From Desulfurococcales archaeon (lineage in GTDB: Archaea; Thermoproteota; Thermoprotei_A; Sulfolobales; Desulfurococcaceae): a DNA stretch of 64,000 nucleotides. The stretch spans positions 160,001-224,000 of the forward strand of contig JALVYU010000026.1 in assembly GCA_027022365.1 (NCBI GenBank), written 5' to 3'. The notes beneath the pieces are model-generated. The model did not search any database. It was not told the origin of the DNA and worked only from the letters and a program-made list of their open reading frames with translations. The position numbers and the translations under genes were made by a program. Positions 19,338-29,698 of this stretch are shown here, piece after piece (position 1 is the first letter of the stretch; each line of letters opens with the position of its first letter).

Positions 19338-20954
19338 TTGACGAATAGAGAATCCATTGGGTTCACCGAGGCTTTTAGTATAGGAGTAGGCGGCATGATT
19401 GGCGGAGGAATATTCGCTGTCCTTGGTCTCAGCCTTCAACTAGCAGGCGCTGCTGCGCCAATAGCCTTTCTTATTGCTGGCCTTATAGCATTAGCAACGG
19501 CTTACTCATATTCAAAACTATCTATTAGATACCCCAGCGAGGGAGGAACGATAGAGTACCTGGTAAGGGCTTATGGGAACGGCGTCTTCTCGGGCGGCCT
19601 CAACATAATGTTGCTTGCAAGCTACATCGTTATGATATCGCTCTATAGCTATGCCTTTGGAAGCTATGGAGCAAGCATACTTGGGGGCTCCATACTAGCT
19701 AAACACTTACTGGCAACACTGGCTATAGTCATATTCACAATAATCAATGCCTTGGGGGCGGTGATAACCGGGAGGACCGAGGACGCCCTTGTCTTGTTCA
19801 AGGTGGCGATACTCGTTCTAGTTGTTGGTGCTGGTTTCTCCTTCGTGGACTGGGGGCGGATGTCTCCCTCAAACTGGCCAGGTCCTGTTAACATCATAAC
19901 TGGTGGGATGATCATATTTCTAGCCTATGAGGGCTTCGAACTAATAGCCAACACTGCAAAGGATGTCAGTGACATAAAGGTTTTGCCCAAAGCATTCATA
20001 TCAGCCGTGGTATTCGTAACAACAATTTACGTCCTAGTAGCGATCGTCACGGCCGGTACACTGACCCCACAACAAGTCGCTGTCGCCAGAGACTATGCAC
20101 TAGCCATGGCGGCTAAACCGGCCCTCGGCGAGCTAGGCTTTCTACTCATAGTTGTAGCAGCTCTTGCATCAACTAGTAGCGCCATCAATGCTACGCTTTA
20201 CGGCACAGCAAGGGCTAGCTATATTGTCGCTAAATATGGCCAGCTACCAAAGATCGTTGAGAAGAGAGTATGGAGAAACGCCTACGAGGGACTAATACTG
20301 ATCAGTATCCTCAGCGTCATAATGGTTAACACTACAAGCCTAGAAGCAATAAGTGCGGCTGGTAGTGGAGGCTTCCTAACGATCTTCATGATGGTTAATT
20401 TCGCTGCCTATAAGCTCCGTAGAGAAACAGGCGCAAATAAATACATAACGTTGCTTGGAGGCTTCGCAACACTATTTGCTCTGGCCCTGCTCGTCCTTAG
20501 GATGATCCAGCTTGCCCCGACGAAACTATCCGTGTTCATAACGCTCCTCGTTCTCTCGTTCCTCATAGAATACATCATACGCCGCACGACAGGCAGGGAG
20601 ATATCGAAATACATAGACCCGGATCTCGAGAAGCGCGAGAAACACATAAGGAGCTGGCACGAGTGGATACACAGGGTTATCAAGGAGATCCTCGAGGAAT
20701 TCAGAGATGCGGAGATATATATTGTCGGAAGCATTGCTAGGGGAGAAATACATAGATCCCACGATGTCGACGTAATGATTGTTAGTAGTAAGGTCCCGGC
20801 AGACAAGAATGAGAGGCTAAAGAAGAAGCTAGAGCTCATGACTATTAAACCCCATCTTAGAGAGTACCCTGTCGACATACATTTGGTGAGGCCAGAAGAA
20901 AAAGAGGAGTGGCTCAAGAAACAACACAAAAAACTAGAATCAAAGGAAGCATAG
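19338..20954 (+). CDS. APC-family amino acid permease with C-terminal minimal nucleotidyltransferase domain
   Basis: GVGGMIGGGIF, FLAYEGFE; C-terminal IYIVGSIARG..SHDVDVMIV..PVDIHLV. Confidence 0.85.
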   Translation: MTNRESIGFTEAFSIGVGGMIGGGIFAVLGLSLQLAGAAAPIAFLIAGLIALATAYSYSKLSIRYPSEGGTIEYLVRAYGNGVFSGGLNIMLLASYIVMISLYSYAFGSYGASILGGSILAKHLLATLAIVIFTIINALGAVITGRTEDALVLFKVAILVLVVGAGFSFVDWGRMSPSNWPGPVNIITGGMIIFLAYEGFELIANTAKDVSDIKVLPKAFISAVVFVTTIYVLVAIVTAGTLTPQQVAVARDYALAMAAKPALGELGFLLIVVAALASTSSAINATLYGTARASYIVAKYGQLPKIVEKRVWRNAYEGLILISILSVIMVNTTSLEAISAAGSGGFLTIFMMVNFAAYKLRRETGANKYITLLGGFATLFALALLVLRMIQLAPTKLSVFITLLVLSFLIEYIIRRTTGREISKYIDPDLEKREKHIRSWHEWIHRVIKEILEEFRDAEIYIVGSIARGEIHRSHDVDVMIVSSKVPADKNERLKKKLELMTIKPHLREYPVDIHLVRPEEKEEWLKKQHKKLESKEA

Positions 20955-21065
20955 TGAGTAGGCATTCCATCAAGAATTTATTTGTTATCCTTCAATTAAT
21001 TCGTATCCGGAGAAACATATGCATGTATCTATGATATAGGATAAATAGGGTAAGGTTGATGAGAT

Positions 21066-22277
21066 ATGGCAAAGCCCAGGGGACTAGTTGTAGGCCTGGA
21101 CTTGCTGTTCATGAGCGTTAACTTCAGCGCACTAACACTGTTTGCCGCACTCAGTACGTATATATCAAGCTCTATCGGTATCGATAAGTTCACCGAGTGG
21201 CTGGCGTCAGCCGTTTATAGCGCTGGTATATTCGCCGCGTTTTTCATCGGCCACTCGAGATACACGGAAGAACATCCCAGGAAGACAGTGTTCATCGCAG
21301 CCATACTGGCGTCAATACCCCAGTTCCTCATACCATACTCCATAAATCCATGGGAAGTGGTCATCTTGAGATTCATACAGGGAATGGTTATGATGGCGTT
21401 GCCGATATTCTCATCACAGGTCGGACTATTGTTTGCTGAGGCTCGACCATTAGCGCTGGGCATAATATTGTCGGGAATATTCGTCGGAGGCCTAATAGGC
21501 TCCAGTGTAGGCCCTCTACTGGCAACAAGCATAGGCTGGAGAGCCACCTACATATTGTTCGGTATCGCAATGTTAATAGCGGCATTCATATGGATCGGAC
21601 TGACGCCGTGTGACGCACTACCGGTTCACAAAGAAGTTAAGACCGAGAAACGCGTTAGTGTATGGAAAGACCCGTTCACAATCCTCTGGGGCTTCTCGTT
21701 CTTCCCAGCAATATGGATAATCTTCACACTGGCACCACTGATCTCATTCATAGTTGAGAGTATGGGTGCCCCTTGCAGCGTTAATAAGCTGTCCTCAACG
21801 GTGCTTGAAGCATCCTATCTCAGCTGGTCTATAATCATAGGCGGAGTAGCATATGCCTTAGCCCGTCGCAAAACCGGGACGCCGCACAACATGTTCAATA
21901 CGTTTGCATCAGTACAGCTGTTCTGCTTCATAGTAACGTTCGTAGGAGTACTGATCGTTATGAACTCCCGTAACGTCGCTATGTTATTGGCGGGACTAGT
22001 ACTTGTAGCAATGATTCAGGGAACAGGCCCTACATTCTGGTCGGCGCCATCAACGGCGTACCCTGAAGACCTAGCGATAAGAGCAGGATATGCTCTCGGT
22101 TTGATCTCCAACTCTGCCGCATTGGTCGGCCCTATGACATCTGTCGCAGTGCACAGCGTCACTGCTGTTTGGGGTATAATACTGTTCATGGCGATACTCG
22201 GTGCGGTACTGACATTCATTGGTATGAAGATGAAACTACCCATCGAGAAATACGGTTCTGAAAACCGAGTAGAATGA
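21066..22277 (+). CDS. MFS transporter
   Basis: About 12 TM helices, LRFIQG, GWRATY. Confidence 0.8.
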   Translation: MAKPRGLVVGLDLLFMSVNFSALTLFAALSTYISSSIGIDKFTEWLASAVYSAGIFAAFFIGHSRYTEEHPRKTVFIAAILASIPQFLIPYSINPWEVVILRFIQGMVMMALPIFSSQVGLLFAEARPLALGIILSGIFVGGLIGSSVGPLLATSIGWRATYILFGIAMLIAAFIWIGLTPCDALPVHKEVKTEKRVSVWKDPFTILWGFSFFPAIWIIFTLAPLISFIVESMGAPCSVNKLSSTVLEASYLSWSIIIGGVAYALARRKTGTPHNMFNTFASVQLFCFIVTFVGVLIVMNSRNVAMLLAGLVLVAMIQGTGPTFWSAPSTAYPEDLAIRAGYALGLISNSAALVGPMTSVAVHSVTAVWGIILFMAILGAVLTFIGMKMKLPIEKYGSENRVE

Positions 22278-22316
22278 ATAAGATCTACATAAACATAACA
22301 TAAACGTTTTTATCAA

Positions 22317-22880
22317 TTATTTCTCGGTCTTCATTGTTTCACGTAGGAAGAATGGGATAAATGATATACTTGAAAGTATCTCTGGAATAGCGGCGCCGGG
22401 CGGAAGATGATATGCGAAGTGAAGCATCCATATTACGACATCTATAATAGCAATAATAAACGCTGGCAAGGAAACATGGATGTAGCCATAGGATGTCAGG
22501 TAAGCAATTATCGCTAGGAAAAACGCGACCGATACGATGAAATGAATGTATCCATACGATTCATTCAGGACACCTATGAGGATTAATGTGAACCCGGCAA
22601 TACACAATATGAGCCTATTTACTGCTCTGATGCCCTGGGATAATGCGGTTGCCAAACCGAGTAGATATCCTCCGAGCGCTAGTCCCGAATTGAAGATTGG
22701 TGCTGAACATATATGCTCCATCTCGCCTAGGTCGCTGAGAGCATTTGACCATATACTAAACCAAGGTGCACGTATTACAGCCAGTATTATCGCTATGTAT
22801 GGAGCCAATATTGAGGATATTGCGATGACTTTGAAAACATTGTCTCGTGTGATGAGAAGGTGTTCGGTGGGATTGTTCAT
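22317..22880 (-). CDS. DUF998-like membrane protein
   Basis: PWFSIWSNALSDLG, IFNSGL, GAAIPE. Confidence 0.75.
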   Translation of the reverse strand: MNNPTEHLLITRDNVFKVIAISSILAPYIAIILAVIRAPWFSIWSNALSDLGEMEHICSAPIFNSGLALGGYLLGLATALSQGIRAVNRLILCIAGFTLILIGVLNESYGYIHFIVSVAFFLAIIAYLTSYGYIHVSLPAFIIAIIDVVIWMLHFAYHLPPGAAIPEILSSISFIPFFLRETMKTEK

Positions 22881-22892
22881 AGTTTATACCCG

Positions 22893-24113
22893 TCATATTT
22901 TTTCTATTAATAACGTTATAAGGTATGCCATCAGCACAATTGCTACTACTAGTGCAATATTGATTATTATTATTTGAAATGCTGTGGCTGGCCCCGTCTT
23001 TTTATGCACTATGAATGTTATGTCCAAGTTCTTGACAAGCTTAACCCTTGTATCGCTACTCGGTGTCTGGATGAGTATATGCTTTATTTCCTTCATAGGT
23101 ATTGGTTTCGATATCAGGACATAGTAGTTTGACGAAAAAATTTTCTTCCCATAAATTGGCGACGCGGTTGTGCCGTTCTTGTATATAATTACTAATCTGT
23201 AGCTTTGTTTTACGGGAGCGGGGCCACTAATATTCTCTTCTTCGATCACAATACGTAAAGGAGATGTAGAAGAGCCTACTAGGTTTACCCTTATTTGCTT
23301 GTCCTGATGCTGTAGGGAGACATTGATAGGTGCTGAAGATATAAATGCTATTTTCCCAATTATCTCGGGTTTTCTACGTTCTATGAGTAATCCAGTAGAG
23401 TAATGTGCTCCGAAACCCGGGTTATCAGTGGTTATCTCGACTTCCGATTCAACGAGTAAATTGGTATTATTCTTGTTATCTTTTTGGTAATACATGTAGT
23501 ATTCGTATAGTGGTGTGCCTGTTAGCATGTCGCTGTACGAAGCATAAATGAATCTCTCAACAACTTTATCGTGGCGGTAAGTGTAGGAGTATCTTGTTTC
23601 GAGGCAGTATGTGTTCTTATAATATGCTACAACCGTTGCGTTGGGCTTCGTAACCCATTTAGGCCATATGAAGGGCTTAGACGCAAGTTTTATCTGTACA
23701 TTACCTGTTATATTGGTTAGCTGTAGGATCAATGGGATCATGGTTCTGTTCTTAGTAGTGATGTATTCATGTAGATGTGCTATCTGAGCGTTTACGGTTA
23801 TACTTGGTATTCCAGCTATTTTCGTTATACTTATATTGATCAGCGATACTGATACCGGTGTAACCATATTTTTTCCTAGAGGACCTACAAGGAGCTTGTA
23901 TTTCATGATTATTTCAAATCCTTTAGGTGATACAAGCCCGAGTAGTACGGGGACAAGTGGCTTGCCCGAATATATTATTCTGAAATACCCCCGATACAGG
24001 TAGTAGCCAATGTATAGTGTACTCTTATCCGTGCCTCCATACACTAACAAATTCGTGAGACTTCCGAGAATGATCAGGGCAAGCAATAATATGGTTAAAA
24101 TGTTTTTGGACAA
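22893..24113 (-). CDS. Hypothetical exported, membrane-anchored protein
   Basis: N-terminal signal-like helix, C-terminal TM, several N-x-S/T sequons. Confidence 0.7.
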   Translation of the reverse strand: MSKNILTILLLALIILGSLTNLLVYGGTDKSTLYIGYYLYRGYFRIIYSGKPLVPVLLGLVSPKGFEIIMKYKLLVGPLGKNMVTPVSVSLINISITKIAGIPSITVNAQIAHLHEYITTKNRTMIPLILQLTNITGNVQIKLASKPFIWPKWVTKPNATVVAYYKNTYCLETRYSYTYRHDKVVERFIYASYSDMLTGTPLYEYYMYYQKDNKNNTNLLVESEVEITTDNPGFGAHYSTGLLIERRKPEIIGKIAFISSAPINVSLQHQDKQIRVNLVGSSTSPLRIVIEEENISGPAPVKQSYRLVIIYKNGTTASPIYGKKIFSSNYYVLISKPIPMKEIKHILIQTPSSDTRVKLVKNLDITFIVHKKTGPATAFQIIIINIALVVAIVLMAYLITLLIEKI

Positions 24114-24248
24114 ATTATTCCCCTTAACTAATGGTTATTCGGTTAAGGGCCCACCTCCTCACAGCCGTCCACGGCTCGGCTATGCGGGCAAACATTCATC
24201 AATAATATTATCAATAATACTAACAATTTATTAGTGTAGGGGGACCAG

Positions 24249-25046
24249 GTGGTATCCGTGTTTAATATAGAAGGATTAAGAGTGATAATTACTGCATCAA
24301 GTAGAGGTATAGGCTTCGGTATTGCCAAGGTATTAGTCAGGGAAGGGGCCAGGGTAGTGATCTCTTCTAGGAATAAGGAGAGGCTGTATAGGGCGCTACA
24401 TGAGCTTAACAATATAGGCTCTGGAGAGGCCTATGCTGTACAGGCTGATCTCACTCGCCGAGAAGATATTGAGAGATTAGTCGAAGAATCCCTGGATAAG
24501 CTTGGCGGGCTAGATGCCATAGTCTATGTTACTGGGCCCCCTAGGCCAGGGAGATTCCAAGACCTTGGACTCGATGATTGGGAATACGGTGTCAGACTGC
24601 TGGTAATGAGCGCGGTCTGGCTTACTTATTACTCCCTGCCCTACATACTGGAGTCGGCTAATCCTTCTATAGTATATGTCACGAGCGTCGCTGTAAGGGA
24701 GCCTATCGAGACCATTGCTTTGTCTAATACGCTGAGAATAAGTGTTCATGGTCTCGTAAAGACACTTGCAAGAGAACTTGGAAGGAAAGGTGTGAGAGTC
24801 AACGCGGTGCTCCCTGGGTACATATACACGGATAGGATCAGGGAGATCGCGTCCGATAAGGCTGTGAGAACCGGGAAATCTGAAGAAGAAATAATCAATG
24901 ATATGATCAAAGAAGTGCCTCTCGGCAGGATAGGTAGACCCGAAGAAGTGGGTTATCTTGTCGCTTTCCTGCTGAGCAATTACGCATCTTATATCAATGG
25001 TGCATCTATACCTATAGATGGAGGGCTCCTTAAGTCGGTGTTTTGA
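24249..25046 (+). CDS. SDR family oxidoreductase
   Basis: TASSRGIG, VRVNAVLPG, ASYINGASIPIDGG. Confidence 0.9.
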   Translation: MVSVFNIEGLRVIITASSRGIGFGIAKVLVREGARVVISSRNKERLYRALHELNNIGSGEAYAVQADLTRREDIERLVEESLDKLGGLDAIVYVTGPPRPGRFQDLGLDDWEYGVRLLVMSAVWLTYYSLPYILESANPSIVYVTSVAVREPIETIALSNTLRISVHGLVKTLARELGRKGVRVNAVLPGYIYTDRIREIASDKAVRTGKSEEEIINDMIKEVPLGRIGRPEEVGYLVAFLLSNYASYINGASIPIDGGLLKSVF

Positions 25047-25099
25047 TCGGACAATACCAGCCTAAACATTATGAGACTTGATCGGAAAACATATTTTGT

Positions 25100-25155
25100 C
25101 GGGTGCTGAGCGGCTGGTACCTGATTCTAATGATGAACAACACCTAGGCTAAGCA
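25100..25155 (+). ncRNA. Putative box C/D guide sRNA
   Basis: GTGCTGA-guide-CTGA-ATGATGA-guide-CTAA; guide CAACACCTAG complements the recalled 16S segment CUAGGUGUUG. Confidence 0.55.
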
Positions 25156-25156
25156 T

Positions 25157-25214
25157 GGGATGATGAGGCCGGCCTGTCCCTAGTGATGGGGAGGGCCTTG
25201 GCCTCTGCTGACCC
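25157..25214 (+). ncRNA. Putative second box C/D-like sRNA
   Basis: ATGATGA 25160-66 to CTGA 25208-11, GC-rich, GGG/CCC termini; internal boxes poor. Confidence 0.45.
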
Positions 25215-25215
25215 T

Positions 25216-26574
25216 TTATTTCTTCTTTCTCAGCAACGCGTAGTAAAAGCCGATGGTCCCGTGAATGTGGGGATACGCTCTCATAGTTCCGGGGAGTAGT
25301 GGTGATGGCTTGAAGGGTTTTGTTAGATGTATTAGTTCTGCATCGTCGTGGCTCTCAGTGAATTCTTTTATGATTTTTTCTCCCTCCTCGACTAGGACAC
25401 TACATACTGTGTATAGGAGTCTCCCACTTGGCCTTAACAGCCTCCATCCAGCCTCGAGAAGCTCGCGTTGAAGCCTCGTTATCTCTCTTATATCCTCGTC
25501 TCTGTACCTCCATCTCACATCAGGGTTCCTGGCCAGTGCACCGGTAGAGCTACAAGGGGGGTCTACGAGTACATAGTCCATGGTCTCTTCTCCGAGTATC
25601 TCGGGGGCTTTCCTGGCGTCTTCAACATGTATTGTTACCGCCTTCAGCGTGCCTGTTCGTTCGAGAAGCGCTCTCAACCTTTTAGCTCTATCACTGTATA
25701 TTTCAAAGCTGTGGATCTCTGATTTTAGTCCCGTGTACTCGGCCAAGTAGCTTGTCTTTCCCCCCGGCGCCGAGCATAGATCAGCAATACGTGTGCCCGG
25801 TTTTGGATCCAGCAGTTCGACCGCCACCATGCTCGACTCGTCCTGCGGAGTCAGTATCCCTGTCTCTATCAGCTTCACAGCATCTTTGCCGAGAGGGCCA
25901 CGTATTATGACCGCGTTTCTACTATATCTTCCCGGCTCGACGCTGTATCCTGCTTTTTTCAGGAATACGAGAATCGCTTTTCGGCTTGCCTTTAAAGTGT
26001 TTACTCTAAATGTCTTTGTATACTGCTTATATGTTAGAGCCAAGAATGCCTCGAGGTCTTCTCCTAGGAGATCGAAGCTATTCCTCAACGCGTAGTAGAG
26101 GCTAGGTGAAACACGGTATTCTAGAAGTATCTTCTCCTCCGGGCTTTTAGGCCTCCATTTAGTCTCCGCTATTTTATTGATATATTCTATGTTATCGGTT
26201 CTCGCACGGAGTGCCAGATACTTTTTAGCATATCTTGTCACGGTGTGTTTCAGGCTATGTCCGGCTCTTGGGTCAAGCTGTAAGACGTATGTAACAAGTC
26301 TCAGCACCGATCTCGTGATGCTATCTAACTCGTATGGTTTCTTCCCTGTAATCTCCTCTATGATCTTATCTACTATACCGAGGTTTCTGAAGACACTATA
26401 TATTATGCCCGATGCCCGCCTATCCAGAGGTGTCCCCTGGAGCTTGTACTTGATCATGGCTCTCCTGATCGGTTCCTGCACGGGTTTAATTTTCTCTCCC
26501 TGCCTTACAGCCTCGATGACAGCATATATCATTCTCTCATAGTCTTTCGCTGAAACCATTCTTTCCTCCCACAT
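25216..26574 (-). CDS. RsmB/NOP2-family RNA m5C methyltransferase
   Basis: QDESSM, DLCSAPGGKT, VDPPCSSTG, LLYTVCS. Confidence 0.92.
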   Translation of the reverse strand: MWEERMVSAKDYERMIYAVIEAVRQGEKIKPVQEPIRRAMIKYKLQGTPLDRRASGIIYSVFRNLGIVDKIIEEITGKKPYELDSITRSVLRLVTYVLQLDPRAGHSLKHTVTRYAKKYLALRARTDNIEYINKIAETKWRPKSPEEKILLEYRVSPSLYYALRNSFDLLGEDLEAFLALTYKQYTKTFRVNTLKASRKAILVFLKKAGYSVEPGRYSRNAVIIRGPLGKDAVKLIETGILTPQDESSMVAVELLDPKPGTRIADLCSAPGGKTSYLAEYTGLKSEIHSFEIYSDRAKRLRALLERTGTLKAVTIHVEDARKAPEILGEETMDYVLVDPPCSSTGALARNPDVRWRYRDEDIREITRLQRELLEAGWRLLRPSGRLLYTVCSVLVEEGEKIIKEFTESHDDAELIHLTKPFKPSPLLPGTMRAYPHIHGTIGFYYALLRKKK

Positions 26575-26645
26575 ACCTATGGTCGACTATACTGTATTTG
26601 TACCTCGTCCACCACTATCTATTATGTGGAGAGGTGGTGGTTTGA

Positions 26646-27815
26646 TTGGTGTTTAAACTTGGTTTTGCGACAACATACCCCCCCACTCACTGTGGCATTG
26701 CCGAGTACTCTCGCATGCTTTTAATGGCTATGAAATCCATTATGCCCTCTATCGAGGCATATGTTTTCGCGGACAGGCTCGGCGGTGACAAGAGATTCGA
26801 CGAGTTCGCCCGTGTAAAGGTTTATCCGTCCTTTACTCATCAGGAGAGGGGTTACGGCGGATTACTCGATAAGCTTACGGAACTCGGCGGAGTCGATGTT
26901 CTTCATGTACAGCACGAGTACGGTATCTTTGGCCTGCACAACGGGTTGATCCATGCTGTTGAGGAAGCTGTCAGGGAGAGGCTTGCAAAGAAGATAGTTA
27001 TAACCATGCACACAGTTGATCACCCGAACTCGCCGAGAAAGGCGGCGATAGAGTTCCAGTCCTATCTAAATGTTTTCGATGCCGTCATCGTGCACAGCGT
27101 CCTCCAGGAATTTGAACTACAACACCAGGATATCCACCCACTAAAAATATATAGGATCCCCCATGGAACCATGTTGAACCCATACCTCTGGATGCCGAGA
27201 TTCAAGTTAATGGAGGAGCTCGGCCTCAAATCAGAGCAGCTACGGGGCTTCATAGTTGTTGTCCCGGGTTTTCTCAGGAAGGATAAGGGTTTCGACATAC
27301 TTGTCAGGGCCGTCAAGCCATTGTTGAAGGAGAGGGGTTTTACTCTTATCGTTGCAGGGGAGACGAAGGATCCTGTTCTTAGGCGGGAGCTCGAGGAGAT
27401 GATCAGGAACGGGCCCAATACGATCTTCATAGAGCGGTATCTGGCCAATGAAGAAATACTCAAACTCGTGGCCCTGGCCGACGCCGTCGTGCTACCATAT
27501 AGAGATAGGCCTAAATCCTATAGCGTGTCCGGCATACTTCATCTCTCCATGGGCGGGTTGAAGCCGATCATAGGTACTAGGACGCCTAGGCTGATCGAGC
27601 TATACCAGCACGCCCCACGCCTCACAGTCCCGCCGAAATCACCGAGGGAATTAACAAAGAAGATCAGGTGGCTGTCGAAGAACTATGACCTCGCAATAGC
27701 GTATATGGGGTCGCTATACAGCTATGCTGTGAGAACTCAGTGGCTGAGAATGGCCCGCAGGCACTTGTCCCTCTACGCCTACCTCTTGGGAGTCGACCGT
27801 GTGACCGATATCTAG
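26646..27815 (+). CDS. Glycosyltransferase family 4
   Basis: TYPPTHCGIAEYS, HVQHEYGIF, IPHG, DAVVLPY. Confidence 0.88.
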   Translation: MVFKLGFATTYPPTHCGIAEYSRMLLMAMKSIMPSIEAYVFADRLGGDKRFDEFARVKVYPSFTHQERGYGGLLDKLTELGGVDVLHVQHEYGIFGLHNGLIHAVEEAVRERLAKKIVITMHTVDHPNSPRKAAIEFQSYLNVFDAVIVHSVLQEFELQHQDIHPLKIYRIPHGTMLNPYLWMPRFKLMEELGLKSEQLRGFIVVVPGFLRKDKGFDILVRAVKPLLKERGFTLIVAGETKDPVLRRELEEMIRNGPNTIFIERYLANEEILKLVALADAVVLPYRDRPKSYSVSGILHLSMGGLKPIIGTRTPRLIELYQHAPRLTVPPKSPRELTKKIRWLSKNYDLAIAYMGSLYSYAVRTQWLRMARRHLSLYAYLLGVDRVTDI

Positions 27816-28381
27816 ATAACGATAAGGCGACCGGTATAGTGGATAAGATCATCTGTAGGACGATGTATCGCAACACCGAGATCATAGGTTTGAGGGGCGA
27901 TATTACCCGCCTAAAAGTCGATGCTATTGTGAATCCGGCGAACAGCCTGATGATCATGGGCGGCGGTGTTGCCGGAGCTATAAAGAGGCGTGGAGGAAAG
28001 ATGATCGAGGAGGAAGCGAAGAGGCACGCCCCCGTACCCGTTGGGAGAGCAGTGGTTACCCGTGCTGGCAGACTTCCAGCGAAGTACGTCATACACGCCC
28101 CGACTATGGAGAGACCGGCCATGATGATACCGGTTGAGAACGCCTATAAGGCGACCAGAGCAGCCTTGATCAAAGCACTGGATCTATCCCTCGAATCAAT
28201 AGCGTTGCCAGGTATGGGTACAGGCGTCGGAGGCTTATCGCCGAGAGAAGCAGGTAAGGCTATGGCCAGAGCGATCAAGGAGATACTCGACCTAGGGACG
28301 AAACTTAGGAAGATATATGTTGTCGACCTAAACGAAGAGATACCTCTAGAAGTATGCAGGAACATAGAGGCGGAGCCGTAG
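27740..28381 (+). CDS. Macro domain (ADP-ribose binding/hydrolase); true start probably near 27839-27863
   Basis: GDIT..DAIVNPANS..MGGGVAGAI, VIHAPTM, PGMGTGVGG. Confidence 0.92.
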   Translation: MAENGPQALVPLRLPLGSRPCDRYLDNDKATGIVDKIICRTMYRNTEIIGLRGDITRLKVDAIVNPANSLMIMGGGVAGAIKRRGGKMIEEEAKRHAPVPVGRAVVTRAGRLPAKYVIHAPTMERPAMMIPVENAYKATRAALIKALDLSLESIALPGMGTGVGGLSPREAGKAMARAIKEILDLGTKLRKIYVVDLNEEIPLEVCRNIEAEP

Positions 28382-28383
28382 AG

Positions 28384-28650
28384 ATGCGGGTGGTTGTCAA
28401 GTACTTGTTGTGGATGCGGGAAAAAGCAGGGACGAACAAGGAGGAGTATATCTTAGAGGAGAACAGCACAATCGAAGACCTGCTCGAGAAAATAATCAGT
28501 AAGCACGAGAACCTAAGAAAACACCTCGCTAACCCATTTACACGAGAAAACCCAGTTCTAATAACAATTAACGGCCGCACAGCCCGGCCAGGAGCTAGAC
28601 TAAGAGAAAACGATACAGTAACGATAATGCCGCCAGTATCAGGAGGATAA
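28384..28650 (+). CDS. MoaD/ThiS/SAMP ubiquitin-like protein
   Basis: C-terminal PPVSGG, ING motif. Confidence 0.9.
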   Translation: MRVVVKYLLWMREKAGTNKEEYILEENSTIEDLLEKIISKHENLRKHLANPFTRENPVLITINGRTARPGARLRENDTVTIMPPVSGG

Positions 28651-28655
28651 AATAA

Positions 28656-28761
28656 TGGAGCCGCCGGCGGGATTTGAACCCGCGACCACCGGCTATCCCG
28701 ACGGGCCTGATACGCCGAACCGCTTACAAGGCCGGCGCTCTACCGGCTGAGCTACGGCGGC
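28656..28761 (-). tRNA. tRNA-Thr(TGT) with 30-nt intron at 37/38 (28695-28724), encoded CCA
   Basis: Minus strand GCCGCCGTAGCTCAG..CCGGC CT TGT A[intron]A GCCGG..GGTTCAAATCC..CCA. Confidence 0.92.
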
Positions 28762-29109
28762 ACAAACCATTAAAAACAAAATCCGGAAACACCTTTAAAG
28801 AATTTTTCCACAAGAACAAAGATGCCCGCCCACCTAAAACATTAATTACCTAAACAAACTCCTCTTCCACAAAGGTACTAGACAAATCACTACTGTCGGT
28901 AATGGATTATTTCCGGGATGTGTTTTGTGCTTGTTTATTTCTGGGAATATGTGATTGTTCTTGATTCTGTGTTAGCCTATGCTTAACACTTTATCGCTGA
29001 TCTATACCAACCGGTTTATGGTGGCTCTCACCGGGCCAGTGGATCGTTAGTGGAAGCACTCAGAGCAAAACATAAAATATTAAAACAACCAAATAAACAA
29101 CAAAGAACA

Positions 29110-29432
29110 GTTACAAACACAAAGAACTGAAAGCAATACATATTGGGTCGTATAACCCACGACGGTGAAGACATTCACAATACTTGTTACAAACACAAAG
29201 AACTGAAAGTGTATGGGTACCACTTCGGATTGATTGGCTTCTCCCCTCTGATCCTTGCCTTCGTTACAAACAAAAGAACTGAAAGTTATTCATGAAACAC
29301 CCAGAACTAGACACAATCACAAAATGAAGAAGGTGTTACAAACAGGTAGAACTGAAAGTAGAATCGCCGACGCCGAGACCAGCATACTCGAGGACAAAGC
29401 CGTGGCTAAGTTACAAACAGATAAACTGAAAG
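29110..29432 (+). CRISPR. Orphan CRISPR array: 5 repeats (GTTACAAACACAAAGAACTGAAAG), 4 spacers of 52, 53, 49 and 51 nt
   Basis: Repeats start at 29110, 29186, 29263, 29335, 29410; unique spacers; repeats degrade rightwards; A-rich leader on the left. Confidence 0.85.
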
Positions 29433-29603
29433 ATGAATGCTTGATGTAATAATTCAAATAGTTTTATGTTATTCTATGAACTCTAAACTCTAGGTAACAA
29501 TTATCTCTGAGGTACTTTTCTACGTAGAATTTGAGAAATAAGGGATAACCAAGTGTATTGTCGGAAAAGTAGTTGTCTTCTTGTAGGAGAGAGGATTTGC
29601 TCG

Positions 29604-29691
29604 TGGTGCGGGGGGTGGGATTTGAACCCACGCAGGCCTACGCCATCGGGTCCTGAGCCCGACCCCTTTGACCAGGCTCGGGCACCCCCGC
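29604..29691 (-). tRNA. tRNA-Leu(CAG), encoded CCA
   Basis: GCGGGGG acceptor, TCGGG-CT CAG GA-CCCGA, long variable arm. Confidence 0.95.
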
Positions 29692-29698
29692 GTCTGTT

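Noticed and set aside
29255-29449. 64-aa ORF
   Set aside because: Lies over CRISPR repeats and spacers.
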